From NCBI GenBank assembly GCA_002189035.1, contig NEEC01000017.1, forward strand, positions 62,001-126,000: 64,000 bases of DNA, read 5' to 3'. Below, piece after piece: positions 34,976 through 45,338 of the stretch. The notes beneath the pieces are model-generated. The model had not been told where the DNA came from. It ran no database searches and worked only from the letters and a program-made list of their open reading frames with translations. The stretch is from Utricularia gibba (lineage: Eukaryota > Plantae > Magnoliophyta). The position numbers and the translations under genes were made by a program. How positions within the stretch are numbered: position 1 is the first letter of the stretch; every line of letters begins with the position of its first letter.

Positions 34976-35965
34976 GGGCGCGTTTGATTGCTGGGTTGCG
35001 GCATGGGTTGCGGCGTGGGTTGCGGCGTGGGTTTAGACATAAACCCACGTTTGGTTCGTGGGTTTCAAGTAGATAAAAATAAACCCACCTTTTGACCATA
35101 AACAAGGCGGGAACCCATGGAGCTGGGTTTAGCTAAACCCAAGGGGGGGGGGGTCGGTTTAGCTAAACCCAGCTCGGCGCTTCCATTTTTGCCGTCACGT
35201 GAACCATATTTGAACGTAGATTTATCAGAAACCAGATGCACAGATCTATTTACCAATTTTTTTGAATGTTAAAATTCCTACATATCTGTAGCATATTTAT
35301 TCAGATCTATAACAGATTTGTTCAGATCTGTAACAGATTTGTTCAGATCTGTTCAAATCTGTTGAAGAAGAAGAAGAAGAAGAAGAAAAAGAAGAAGAAG
35401 AAAAAGAAGAAGAAGAAGAGAAATAAGAAGAAGAAGAGAAAGAACAAGAAGAAGAAAATAAAGAAGAAAAAGATGAAAACAAAGAAAAAGATAAAGATAA
35501 AAATAATAACAACATGTCTAATATTCTGGGTTTTCATTTTTGGTGCTGAATGTGAGTTTTCGTTTTGAAGACGAGCACTGCGTCTATTATTATCCGGTGC
35601 TTGCTGTAAATGTGAATTTTCGTTTTGAAGACAAGCACCGTGTCTATTATTACTCAGTGCTTGTTATAAAATAAAATTTCAACTAAGCATCGTAATTTAT
35701 GCTATGCAGTGCTCGATTGAACTTATAAAATGATATAGAAAAATAAAATATATGATAATTTATTTTAATTAATCAAAAGGGTATATTGGTAATTTCATAT
35801 GAAAATCATTACAAACCCAATTTTAAACCCACGTACCAAACGTGTATTCATCCTAAACACATCAACCAAACACGGATTACACCCTTTAAACCCATGAAAT
35901 CGGGTTATCTAAACCCAAATAAACTAAACCTGGGTTTAAACCAAACCCAGCAACCAAATGCGCCC
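34976..35965. mobile_element. Tourist-like (PIF/Harbinger) MITE 1, 990 bp
   Basis: TIR GGGCGCGTTTGATTGCTGGGTT / AACCCAGCAACCAAATGCGCCC with TTA on both sides; no coding capacity. Confidence 0.9.
35363..35510. repeat. (GAA)n-derived purine-rich microsatellite inside MITE 1
   Basis: gaagaagaag.. run degenerating to aagaaaa/aagataaa; source of the poly-K/F/S ORFs. Confidence 0.9.
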
Positions 35966-35968
35966 TTA

Positions 35969-36136
35969 GAGTCTGTTTGGTACAGCTTCTGCTTCAGTAG
36001 AAGCACTTCTAGAAGCTGAAATAATGAAGTGCTTCAATTTTTTTAGAAGCTGGGGTACCCTTGCTCCAAAAAAAACTGAAGCGCTTCTAGAATCACTTCT
36101 TTGAAGTTGTTTTTTGAAGCAATACCAAATAGACCC
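35969..36136. mobile_element. Tourist-like MITE 2, 168 bp
   Basis: TIR GAGTCTGTTTGGTA / TACCAAATAGACCC flanked by TTA; interior matches the right subterminal region of the adjacent large Harbinger (40020-40143 plus 41560-41603). Confidence 0.88.
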
Positions 36137-36474
36137 TTAGAGCCTGTTTGGAACCGTTTCTAAAATTAACTTAAAAAAAAGTGATTCTGTAGAAGTACTT
36201 TTTTTGAAGCAATTTGTGTTTGGTCCATCAACTCCAAACAGATAAAAACAAAACGTGTTTGGTATAATTTGCTTCATATGTAGTTTTTTTTTTGTATTGA
36301 TATTACTAATATACCCTTAATGAATTTTTTTTCAATTACTCTCTTAAATTCATACCTACCTCTACTACTACATACACTTGTTTTTCATCTTCTTGATTTC
36401 TTTTGTTCACGAATGACAATACACATCCATGGCTTTTGAGATGGAGTATTCATTGTCTCCTTTGAAGTCATACA

Positions 36475-37879
36475 TGGATGATGATCAATCTGCAAGAAGA
36501 AATAAAGAAGTTTAAAAAATGGTGGTTAGTGTTGTATCTTTGATTGGTAGTTATTATGCTAATCGGGTGCATAAATTTCCATGTAAGAATAGGAAGTTTA
36601 CGGGTGTAGAATTGTTGAAGGAGATGTTAGAAGGCAATCCAATTAAGTGTTATGATAAGTTAAGGATGAGAACTCATGTTTTTTATCAACTTTGTGAATT
36701 ATTGAGTGAGTCTAATGGGTTGAAACCTATTGGGGGTGTCTCCATTCGGTAACAACTTGCTCACTTTTTTCAATATGTTGGCCAAGGTCACAATCAACGT
36801 CATCTTGCAAAAGAGTATCAACATTCAAGTATGATGTTTTTTAGTTTTGTATCATCTATGTTTTTTTGCTAATATACTTTTGTATGGTAATGTTGTGTTT
36901 TGCATAATACCGTAGCATGGACAATCCATAGATCGATACGTGCAGTTCTTAAAGCTTGTTTGAAGATGTCTAAAGATTGGATTTGTTTATTTCGACCTCA
37001 CAATGTTACTCCTCCAAAGATCCAATTTGACGATCGATACTCACGTTATTTTAAGGTTGTATATCTTATATATTAGTCTATCCATTCTCTTAATTTATTG
37101 ACTAATCATTATTGGATGATTTTTTACACTTTAGGATTGCATTGGAGCCATAGATGGTACCCACATTGATGCAATTCTGCCACCAAAAAAGCAAATTCCA
37201 TTTATCGAAAGGAAGGGGAAACCAACACAAAACATATTGGCTGCTTGCGATTTTAATTTATGTTTCACTTTTGTGGCTGCTAGTTGGGAAGGGGCAGCAC
37301 ATGATTCACGTGTGTTATGTGCTGCCATTAATGATCAAAATTCTACGTTTCAAATGCCATCCCAAGGTGCTTACTCATAGTTGTTTAATGTGTTAATTCA
37401 AATGTGTTACTCATCATTATTCACTGATCTTGTTTTGTATTAGGAAAGTACTACCTCGTTGACTCTGGTTATGCAAATAGGAATGGGTTTATGGCCCCAT
37501 ACAGGAGGGAGAGATATCATCTTCCAGATTTTCATCGAAATCCATCTATCAGAGATGGAAAGGAATTATTCAATTTCAAGCATTCATCCTTGAGATGCGC
37601 AATTGAAAGATCATTTGGAATTTGGAAGAAGAAATTCAAGCTAGTGACTGCTTCCCTTCTCCATTGGCTTGGAAGATACAAATTAGGCTTGTAATTGTGA
37701 CGATAGCACTGCACAATTACATTAGAATTATGAACAATGATGACCCACATTTCTTAGAAGAAGTGCAAGAATATGATTCACAAGATCCACTGATTGATTC
37801 GGAAGGTGCAGGGGACAATGACATGGATGCCATAAGAGACTCTATTAGGGTGAAAATGGAAGCAGATAGACATTTATGA
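36475..37879 (+). pseudogene. Harbinger DDE nuclease (transposase), multi-exon, with stops and a frameshift
   Basis: DCIGAIDGTHI, TQNILAACDF, WEGAAHDSRVL, KYYLVDSGY, FNFKHSSLRCAIERSFGIWK, ALHNYIR; in-frame stops near 36512 and 36750. Confidence 0.9.
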
Positions 37880-37991
37880 ATGTTTGATTTGACAGTTAAC
37901 TATAATTCAGTGTGATTAGTATATATTTGGAAGAAGTCGAGCACATGGACGTGGGTTATGTACAAACAACACCCATGTGTATCTCACATTA

Positions 37992-38327
37992 GCTCCCACT
38001 TCTCTTATATGGGTGTCTCGGAAGTAGTATTTGAGACAGTTTTCCAGGCACCCACTTCCCTCATGTGGGTGTCTCAAGAGAGTGTCTGGAAAGAGAGTTG
38101 GACGGCACCTACAAAACAATACATTGTGCGGGTGTCCGAGAAGAGTGTGTAAGACCATTTCCAGGCACCCACTTCCCTCATGTGGATGCCTCGGAGGGTG
38201 TTTGGAAAGGGATATGTGAAACAGTTTTCCAGACACCCACTTCCTTCATGTGGGTGCCTCGGGAGGGTGTTTGTGAGTCTGCAACCAAATTCCAGGCACC
38301 CACCTTTGCTCATGTGGGTGCCTGGAA
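37992..38327. repeat. Array of ~6 palindromic repeats (TTTCCAGGCACCCAC-N9/10-GTGGGTGCCTCGG), period ~57-68 bp
   Basis: Copies near 37992, 38041, 38104, 38158, 38226, 38290; the last has a perfect 14-bp stem. Confidence 0.9.
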
Positions 38328-38731
38328 CCGAATATATCCAAACGTTTCGATATGAACTGTGGTTCCGGTTTGAACTGAACCCACCTTTACCCATGTGTAT
38401 CCTGTATTAATGCTATCTATGAAATAAGTAATTTTGTAGAAATCCAATACACGAACATAGGTTATGCATAAACCATGCTTGTGTGTATCTCACATTAATG
38501 ACACCTACGAAATAAGTAATATGTTAGGAGTCCAACACATTTGTGTATTGGACTCCTACCAAATTACTTATTTCGCAGGTAGCATTAATATAAAATATGT
38601 TAAAACAGAATAACAAAAATTCAGAAAATATGATAACGTCCAACTCATTATTTTGTCTTTAACACAACAACCTCAAATCTAAATGAAATAGACAACATCA
38701 AGATAATCTACTTTTGCAAATAACACCAACT

Positions 38732-39736
38732 TTATGGGACATTCTTCCCCATTTTGTGGCAATGAATTTGATAATCATATTTGAGATAAGCTACTCTTGC
38801 ATCATCATTTTTTGCCAATAACCAAAGATCGCGCTTGGTTTCTGATGCAAACATCGCCATGGCATGTACATATATCTCATCACCAAATGTTATGCCACTG
38901 CAGTTGTCCAAAAAGTCGAAACAGGTTTTTATTTCAGCCTTTTCATGGTCTACAAGACACTGCTCCCGTGAAGGTCCAACAGCTTCTGCCACCTTTTCCA
39001 ATGCCTGAGCAATTATGTTGCTGTCATTTGTCCTAGCACACTTTCTTGTGCTTGTTAGTGCTTTTCGCACCGGTGTTCATATGCTAGATTGACAACCTAT
39101 CAACCATATGGAGAGTTCTGAACTTGTGTAGCAACTTGATAGCCTTCAATATTATCTTGAATGTCATTTGCATCTTCAAAAGAAGGCGATGAGTGTTGTC
39201 CACCTGTCGAATAATGCACTGATTCTCCTATGACTAAGATATCACTAAACATTACCTCTTGCTCTTCTAAAAAAATTGGTATTGCATTCTTATAATAACG
39301 TGCAGCTTTGTTATCCTACAAGTATATAATATCACTTACGATGAAACATTGCAGAAACATAAAAAAACAAGCATTTGTATTATAAAAAATTGAATCTTGA
39401 AACAAATATAATGTACCTTTAAGTAGTCACTCCGGAAGGAATCAGGCATATCTACAACACCATTAGGCTTAAATCCAATTCCGGTTTGCTTCGTCAATTT
39501 AACCCATACATCCCAAGCTTTTTTCATCTTATCCCATTTGTTTTTCAATTGAGCTCGAGAATAATTCTTACCTGTCAAAGAATTAAAATTCCTAACCACA
39601 TTCTCCCATCCCAATCTATTGAAGTGGCTGTTCGGTCTATTTCCCGCATGGACCTCTGTTGTACAAACTCGAATAAAGGTCTCTACCAGGTTAGGATCAA
39701 CCCATCTTGCTTGTGAGCTATCTCCTCCTTCCATAT
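38732..39736 (-). pseudogene. Harbinger Myb/SANT-like DNA-binding protein ORF, multi-exon
   Basis: MEGGDSSQARWVDPNLVETFIRVCTTEVHAGNRPNSHFNRLGWENV..RAQLKNKWDKMKKAW..TGIGF; C-terminal exon 39070-38732. Intactness not established. Confidence 0.85.
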
Positions 39737-40143
39737 ATCTACAGAAAATGGTGAAATAATGAAAGATAAAAAATGCAACAAAAACTAAAGAAGATGTAGG
39801 CAAATGAAGCAAATGAAACAAAGAAAACTGAAGAAGATCTATTTCATTCGAATGAGATCTGAAGATAGAGACCAAATTTGGAGGAATCGCACCTACTTTT
39901 CACGCTGCATTCGAGTGGGAATAGTTGTAATTTTGAAGCAACGACTTTAACCCTAGATGAAGTGGAAGGGTAATTTATTGAAATTTTGAAATGAAGTAAG
40001 GGTAAAATAGGTATATATATTTGAGAAGTGCTTCAATTTTTATTGAAGCACGGGTCCCTCAGCTTCTCAAAAAAAGTGGAGCGCTTTACTACTCCAACTC
40101 CCGGTGGAGCAGAAGTAGCACGTGTTTTGTTCAGGAATCACTT

Positions 40144-41554
40144 TGATAACACACAAATTTTCATGTTTTAGGATAAGAAAAATCATAGATTTTAATTATG
40201 TTTAAGTGTTAATTTTATAGTTTTAATTATTTTTATTTGATTAGAGAAAATATGATTTTTGGTGTGATTAGTGGGCTAAATCCTTTGATTTAGCCCACCC
40301 CATGTCTAACCTGATTTTGGAGTCTAGCAACATCCCAAGAATGAAGGAAAAATCTGGATTTCGTGCAAGTCACCAGGGTGCAGGGGGCAATGAGTACACT
40401 GCCATGACGACAATCTATAAGTTAGGGCCTGGAGCAGCAGATCTGTCAGAGAATGTACTTGCCTTGGGAAGTGGGAGGCAAGAGAAAGCTGAGGAGAGAG
40501 AATCGCAAAAAAAGAAAAGGGAGTTCACCCCAGAATTTGGAGAGGGCACACACGAGGAGGTTTCTCCCCCAACCCCAACTCAAACACGAAGAACACGAAA
40601 GGAGAAGGAGGAAGAAAAGGGATTTTTCTGGAGAAGAACCTCCAACTTGAAGGAAGAAGATCAAGACCCAGTTCAGCGCTACTGTTCCGGTCCAGGAACA
40701 TGAGCAGACGGAAACCAGACTTCTTATTGCTTTCTTTTACTTTGTTGATGTCTTTAGTTTCTGCACTAAACTTCTGCACGATGTTCTCAACATTTTCTTT
40801 ATCTTATGTTAATGCCATTACATTTTACCTTCAAAGCATGAGTAGCTAAACCCTAGGAGTGCCTTAAGGTGAAGCATGATGGTGTGGGTCTAGGAATCTT
40901 AATAAAATTGATCATTGTTTCTTAGCTCTTGTTTCTATCAAACCATGGGTAGACCTAAGGAGGGGAACAAGTAGCTTTACAACTTAGATGCTTGATTTAG
41001 AGGTAGACCAACAAATCAAGACGGGAGCAGTAGGTGTTAGTCTGGGGTAGAACCGGGTAGACATAGTTCTATATGCTTTGCATGTGGGTAGACCTAATTG
41101 TAAGGTTGGTGATGATATGGAGGACTAGCTTAGCCGAAAATATGGTGAATGACCCTGGAAGACTTAGGTTATTTGAAGTTGTGAGTATAGGAACATGGTA
41201 GATTAAATTAGGAATTTTGGCACCACACCACTTGTAGATCCTTAAGGCACGTTAGTTTTATTCTGAGTTAGAACCACTACCTGTTACCGTAGCGTTAACA
41301 CCTGATATTGTTTAATGATCTTGTTTACCGAACTTGTTTACCACTGTTAGTCCGAGCTTAGACTAAGGCCTACTGTTATCCGAAATTATGCATGTACTAA
41401 AACACTTAGCAAGCACAAGCTCTTCGTGATTGACCCCGATATCCACTATACAAGTTTTCCAAATTTGTATTTTGTGTAGATTAGGGATTATAAATTTATT
41501 TGATACGGATTTTCTATTTTTAATTGCAACGATATTAGGAATTTCCGTTTATTA
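40144..41554 (+). mobile_element. Solo LTR, Athila-like family B
   Basis: TGATAACAC..GTTTATTA (CA mutated to TA), exact TSD CACTT (40139-40143, 41555-41559); homologous to 56881-58037. Confidence 0.9.
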
Positions 41555-42582
41555 CACTTCTAAAAGCGATTTTTTTGAAGCTGAAGCTGCATCAAACAGA
41601 CCCTTAGAAGCTTACAAATGGTTGAAAAAGAGGCCTGCAAACCAATGGAGTAGAGCGTTTTTTAGGACAACCAATAAGTGTGATGCATTGCTAAACAATG
41701 CATGTGAATGCTTCAATAGTGTGATTGTTGAAGCTAGAGAGAAACCAATTCTTGGTTTATTAGAAGGAATTCGTAATTATCTCATGACAAGAGTGGCAAC
41801 AAATCTTGAAACTGTGCAAAAGTTGAAAGACACCATTTGTCCTAGAATTCGCAAAATTTTTGAAAAAATCATGAAAGAAGCTAGAAATATGAGGTCTGAC
41901 AGAAATAGTTATCAAATCATGGGACCATTTGAACAGCACACAATGAATATGGAAACAAGACTTTGCACTTGCAGGAAGTGGGAGTTGATAAGAATTCCTT
42001 GCAAAGATTCCGTATCAGCCATGTGGGCAAGGAAGGAGAGGTCGGAAGACTATATAGCTGAATGCTACACTATTTCAGAATACATATAGTGCTATACACA
42101 TGCTATAATGGGAATCTCTAGTTCCACTTTTTGACCTGAACTTAATCTTCCACCACCTATCCCTACAATGTTTGAAAAAAAAAATTGGAGGCCAAAAAAA
42201 CTGAGGAAATAGCAAATGCATGAACCTCCTACTAATCCTCACAGGCTTTCTACAAAGAGATCTAATAATCAGTCTAGCCGTTGTAATGAAACTGAACACA
42301 ATTCCAAAAGTTGCAAGATGGCACCTGCAATGCAACTTGAAGATGAAGGACAGCAGGTTGTTTCTAATCTCAAAATAAAATCAAATAAAAAATGTGATGA
42401 ATTGTATATTTCAATTATAAATTACATGTTTTTATTGTCCACTATTTTTTTTTCTTTGAAATAGTCTAAGAAGCAAGGAGGAGATAATGCAAGAAGAGGG
42501 CACGGGGAGAGGTGGAGGTCGACGGAGCAGTGAGCATTTAAGGCTGAGAGATAATGCCATGGCGCACCTAGCCAAAGGAAAA

Positions 42583-45135
42583 TGACAAAGGTATTTTGTT
42601 AAGTGTCATTTTCTAGTTATTATTTAGGTATTATTATATATTAATCTAGTGCTAAGTTGTCCAATTAGGAATTATATTGATAAGTAATTGAATTTCCTTA
42701 GAAAATTCCTATTTTCCTATTTTGTATATATTTTTTGTCTTCTTTCTCACACTTTGATCGAGACATGTCAGTAGACTGTTGTGGAGTGTTGCAGGAGTAT
42801 TGTAGGTGGTCAGACTCTAAGTTTTCGTGCCTTGTACGCGACTTGGAACAATTGTCGGCGGAAGACTGACATTCGTCAAGGCCCCTGATGCATGTCGTTT
42901 CCACAACAAATTTTAATATTTCTAAAACTCGTAAAACACAAAAGTGTAGTATGGGTGTCGAACGTAGGGAGTTGTTTTTCGAGTGAAAGGTGAGTTACCC
43001 CAAATACAACTATCACGATTCGTAAACGGTTTTGAAAGTAAAAGGTGCGAGAAACGTTAGTGATGAAGCTTGAATAAGGGAATAAGAGGGGTTTTGAATA
43101 GACAACTGAAAGAAACATAAGCAATGAACCTTAAATAAAGTACATGTTCCTGGGTTTGAAATCCTGTCCAACTATGTTTGTTGTGTCTTCACTCTTCTCT
43201 GGTCTTCTCGTAGGAGTAAGGAATTGCCTACCCTCCCTTACACTCTCTTGCAAGAAGGCACGAGAATAGCCTGATGTTGCTCCTTCTTGGACGAACGTGA
43301 GAATAAGAGGTCCTGCCAGTGTACCCTCACGCCCAAATTGTGCGCGTGTGCCCGAGTGTTGCCAATGACCTAATGAGTCCAAATACGTGGTCACTACCTG
43401 TCCAATGATCCTGAGGTACGGCCATAGACAAAACGTTGTCTTCCTCCTGCCAAAGGGGCATGAGTTAGTGCTTTCCACCTTGCTCTTCTCCAAAACTCGC
43501 GGGTAGTGATAAGCTAACAATGAATCTTGAATAAGGGGACTGTTACAGAAAGACTGCAACATAGTCGCGCGAAGACATACGAAACCCGTTCGGATTCAAA
43601 GAAGAGATGAAGATAAGCTAACGAAACATAGGACTGGGGGTGTTCAAACCCAGAAACAGAAGTTTCTAGCCGCGAACAGCCATACAAGCTAAAGGAAATG
43701 AAAACAAAGTTCTAGAGAGAAGCTAGAGGAAAATCCTCTATAGAGTGAAAACAAAAGTCTAAACTAAGCTAACTACTGATTGTCTAACATCTGAACAGAA
43801 TTGAACTTCAATGAGAGTCTGAGATTTCGTGTCCTCTTGGTTCTGCTGAACTTGGGATGACTTGCAAGCAAAACATCTGCTCTGACACTGGTACGCTAAT
43901 GATGCCACCTGTTAGAGACTCCCGCATGTCAAGGCTCATGATTAGGCGTCTGCTGTCTTCCTGAAATCAAGGGAATGTCAGCTCGGGAAGATCCAATTTG
44001 TCGCCATCAGATGCATTCTTTCTCTCACTTCCTGTCACGTGTACACCTCTAGAAAAACTCAATTGAAACTAGTAAAATTAATAGATAAAATACAAGATTT
44101 AGGATAATTACCCTAAACTAGATAAAAACCTAAATCTCATATTAGAGATTCCTAATTAGACACTTCTAATCACATTTAGACATAAAAACAACCTAAGAAA
44201 ATAATAAGAAAATGACACTTAATAGCCTCTGACTTACGGCATGCTAGAGTCTGCAGCAATGATTGGGCGCTAACTTGCACGCAAAGGAAGTCTGCTGGCG
44301 CACGCAAGACATAAGGAATGATGGGAAGGAGACCCAGAGGAGTTAATGCACGTGGGGAGTGATATAAAAGTCACTTGGAGCACTTAGTTTCGAACTTTTA
44401 ATGCCCTTTCGGGTTAAAACTCTTTAGTTTCTGGGATGTAGATGAAGTTTCCTTCCAAGTCCTGAGCAATACACTCGGTTCTTTGTTGAGTTCACTCCGG
44501 ATTCTTCATACTTCCACGCATCTTGTTGCAGTCTTTCCGTAACGACTCTTAGTCAAGGTCCATGAGTAGCATGCCACTCATCGCGGATTTTGGTGAAAAT
44601 CAAGGTGAAGAGCACCAACTCCAACCCTACCATTTCGAGCACCAACTCCTCGCGATAGTGGACAAGTTGTGACCTCGGACCTGCCAATGGCCATTGGCAA
44701 TAGCTGGGAACACGAGCACAATTCGGTTTGGATGGCAATCGAAGGCAATCCTCTTGTCTTCCTAATTGTCCAAGGGGGAATCACATGAGGTTTTTCCCGT
44801 GCCTCCTTGCCAATCAGAGTGTAAGAGACAGTAGGCTATTCCTTTCTCCTTTAACCAGCTATTCAGAAGAAATCAGTGAAAACAGAGGCAAGGACGGACA
44901 AAGGAAGGAGATGGAATCTCATTCCCAGAAACTGCGTACCATAGTCAAGGCCCATCACTTAGGTTGTAACTTTTATTTCTGCGCGTTAAAAACCCCCTTT
45001 TGTAAAGCCGTGACATTTTGAAAGTTTCTTACAAACACTTTTCACGAAAAACAACTCCCAGAGATCGATACTCGTAATACGCTTTTTGTGTTTTACGTTT
45101 TATAAATATTTAAAATTTGTTGAGGAAACGATAAA
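42583..45135. mobile_element. Nested gypsy-type LTRs of family D: an older + copy (~42583-42885 and ~44234-45135) interrupted by a - copy (42886-~44233)
   Basis: 42886 begins TGATGCATGTCG (LTR end, also seen at 61095 and 62242). 44800-45135 is a diverged + strand homolog; the shared ttaagtgtcattttct and ctgacattc motifs align the pieces. No TSD found. Confidence 0.6.
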
Positions 45136-45338
45136 TTTAAAACTGTGTGATTTTTTGGTATTTATAGAAAATCAATTTTATTGTTATTTATAGAAAACCA
45201 AAATCCCACTAGTACGTGGAAAAAAAAAACAAGGAACTTCTACTATTTTTAAATTTTCCCTCTCCCATATCTATATCAGATTGATAAAGAACGATCACAC
45301 AAACCCCAACATATTTTACATCTCCTCTTCTTCCCTAA

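Larger units (their letters stand above)
36140..41603 (+). mobile_element. Full-structure PIF/Harbinger element (nuclease on +, Myb ORF on -), with a solo LTR inserted
   Basis: TIR GAGCCTGTTTGG / TCAAACAGACCC, TTA TSD (36137-36139, 41604-41606), two convergent ORFs. Confidence 0.92.
33100..42400 (+). mobile_element. MULE/MuDR transposase pseudogene interrupted by Harbinger insertions (5' part ~33100-34975, 3' part 41607-~42400)
   Basis: MuDR/MULE motifs VVGVDRCFLKG, DANNGIFPIAYA, FISDKQKGL, RFCVRHL; SWIM CTCRKW..IPC; zinc knuckle C..CNETEHN..SC. Reading ..ELKKTD-L-EAYKWL.. is restored in frame by removing 34976-41606. TIRs not confirmed. Confidence 0.9.

Noticed and set aside
35266-35568. 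Poly-Lys, poly-Phe and poly-Ser ORFs
   Set aside because: Translations of the (GAA)n microsatellite inside a MITE.
35786-35950. Interstitial telomeric repeats (AAACCC motifs)
   Set aside because: Not tandem TTTAGGG units; they are MITE subterminal motifs.
37992-38327. CRISPR array
   Set aside because: Eukaryotic transposon context, no cas genes, linkers are related to each other rather than unique spacers, and the period is variable; kept as a palindromic repeat array.
40302-40703. 133-aa charged ORF; similar ORFs at 57105-57413, 16533-16880, 20773-21084, 52551-52901 and 62859-63188
   Set aside because: All lie inside LTRs, have no recognisable domain and are not conserved in frame between LTR copies.
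32903-45260. MULE terminal inverted repeats (GAGAAAATTTCAAA at 32903; candidate partners at ~42697 and ~45260)
   Set aside because: Only short, weak similarity and no matching 9-bp TSD.
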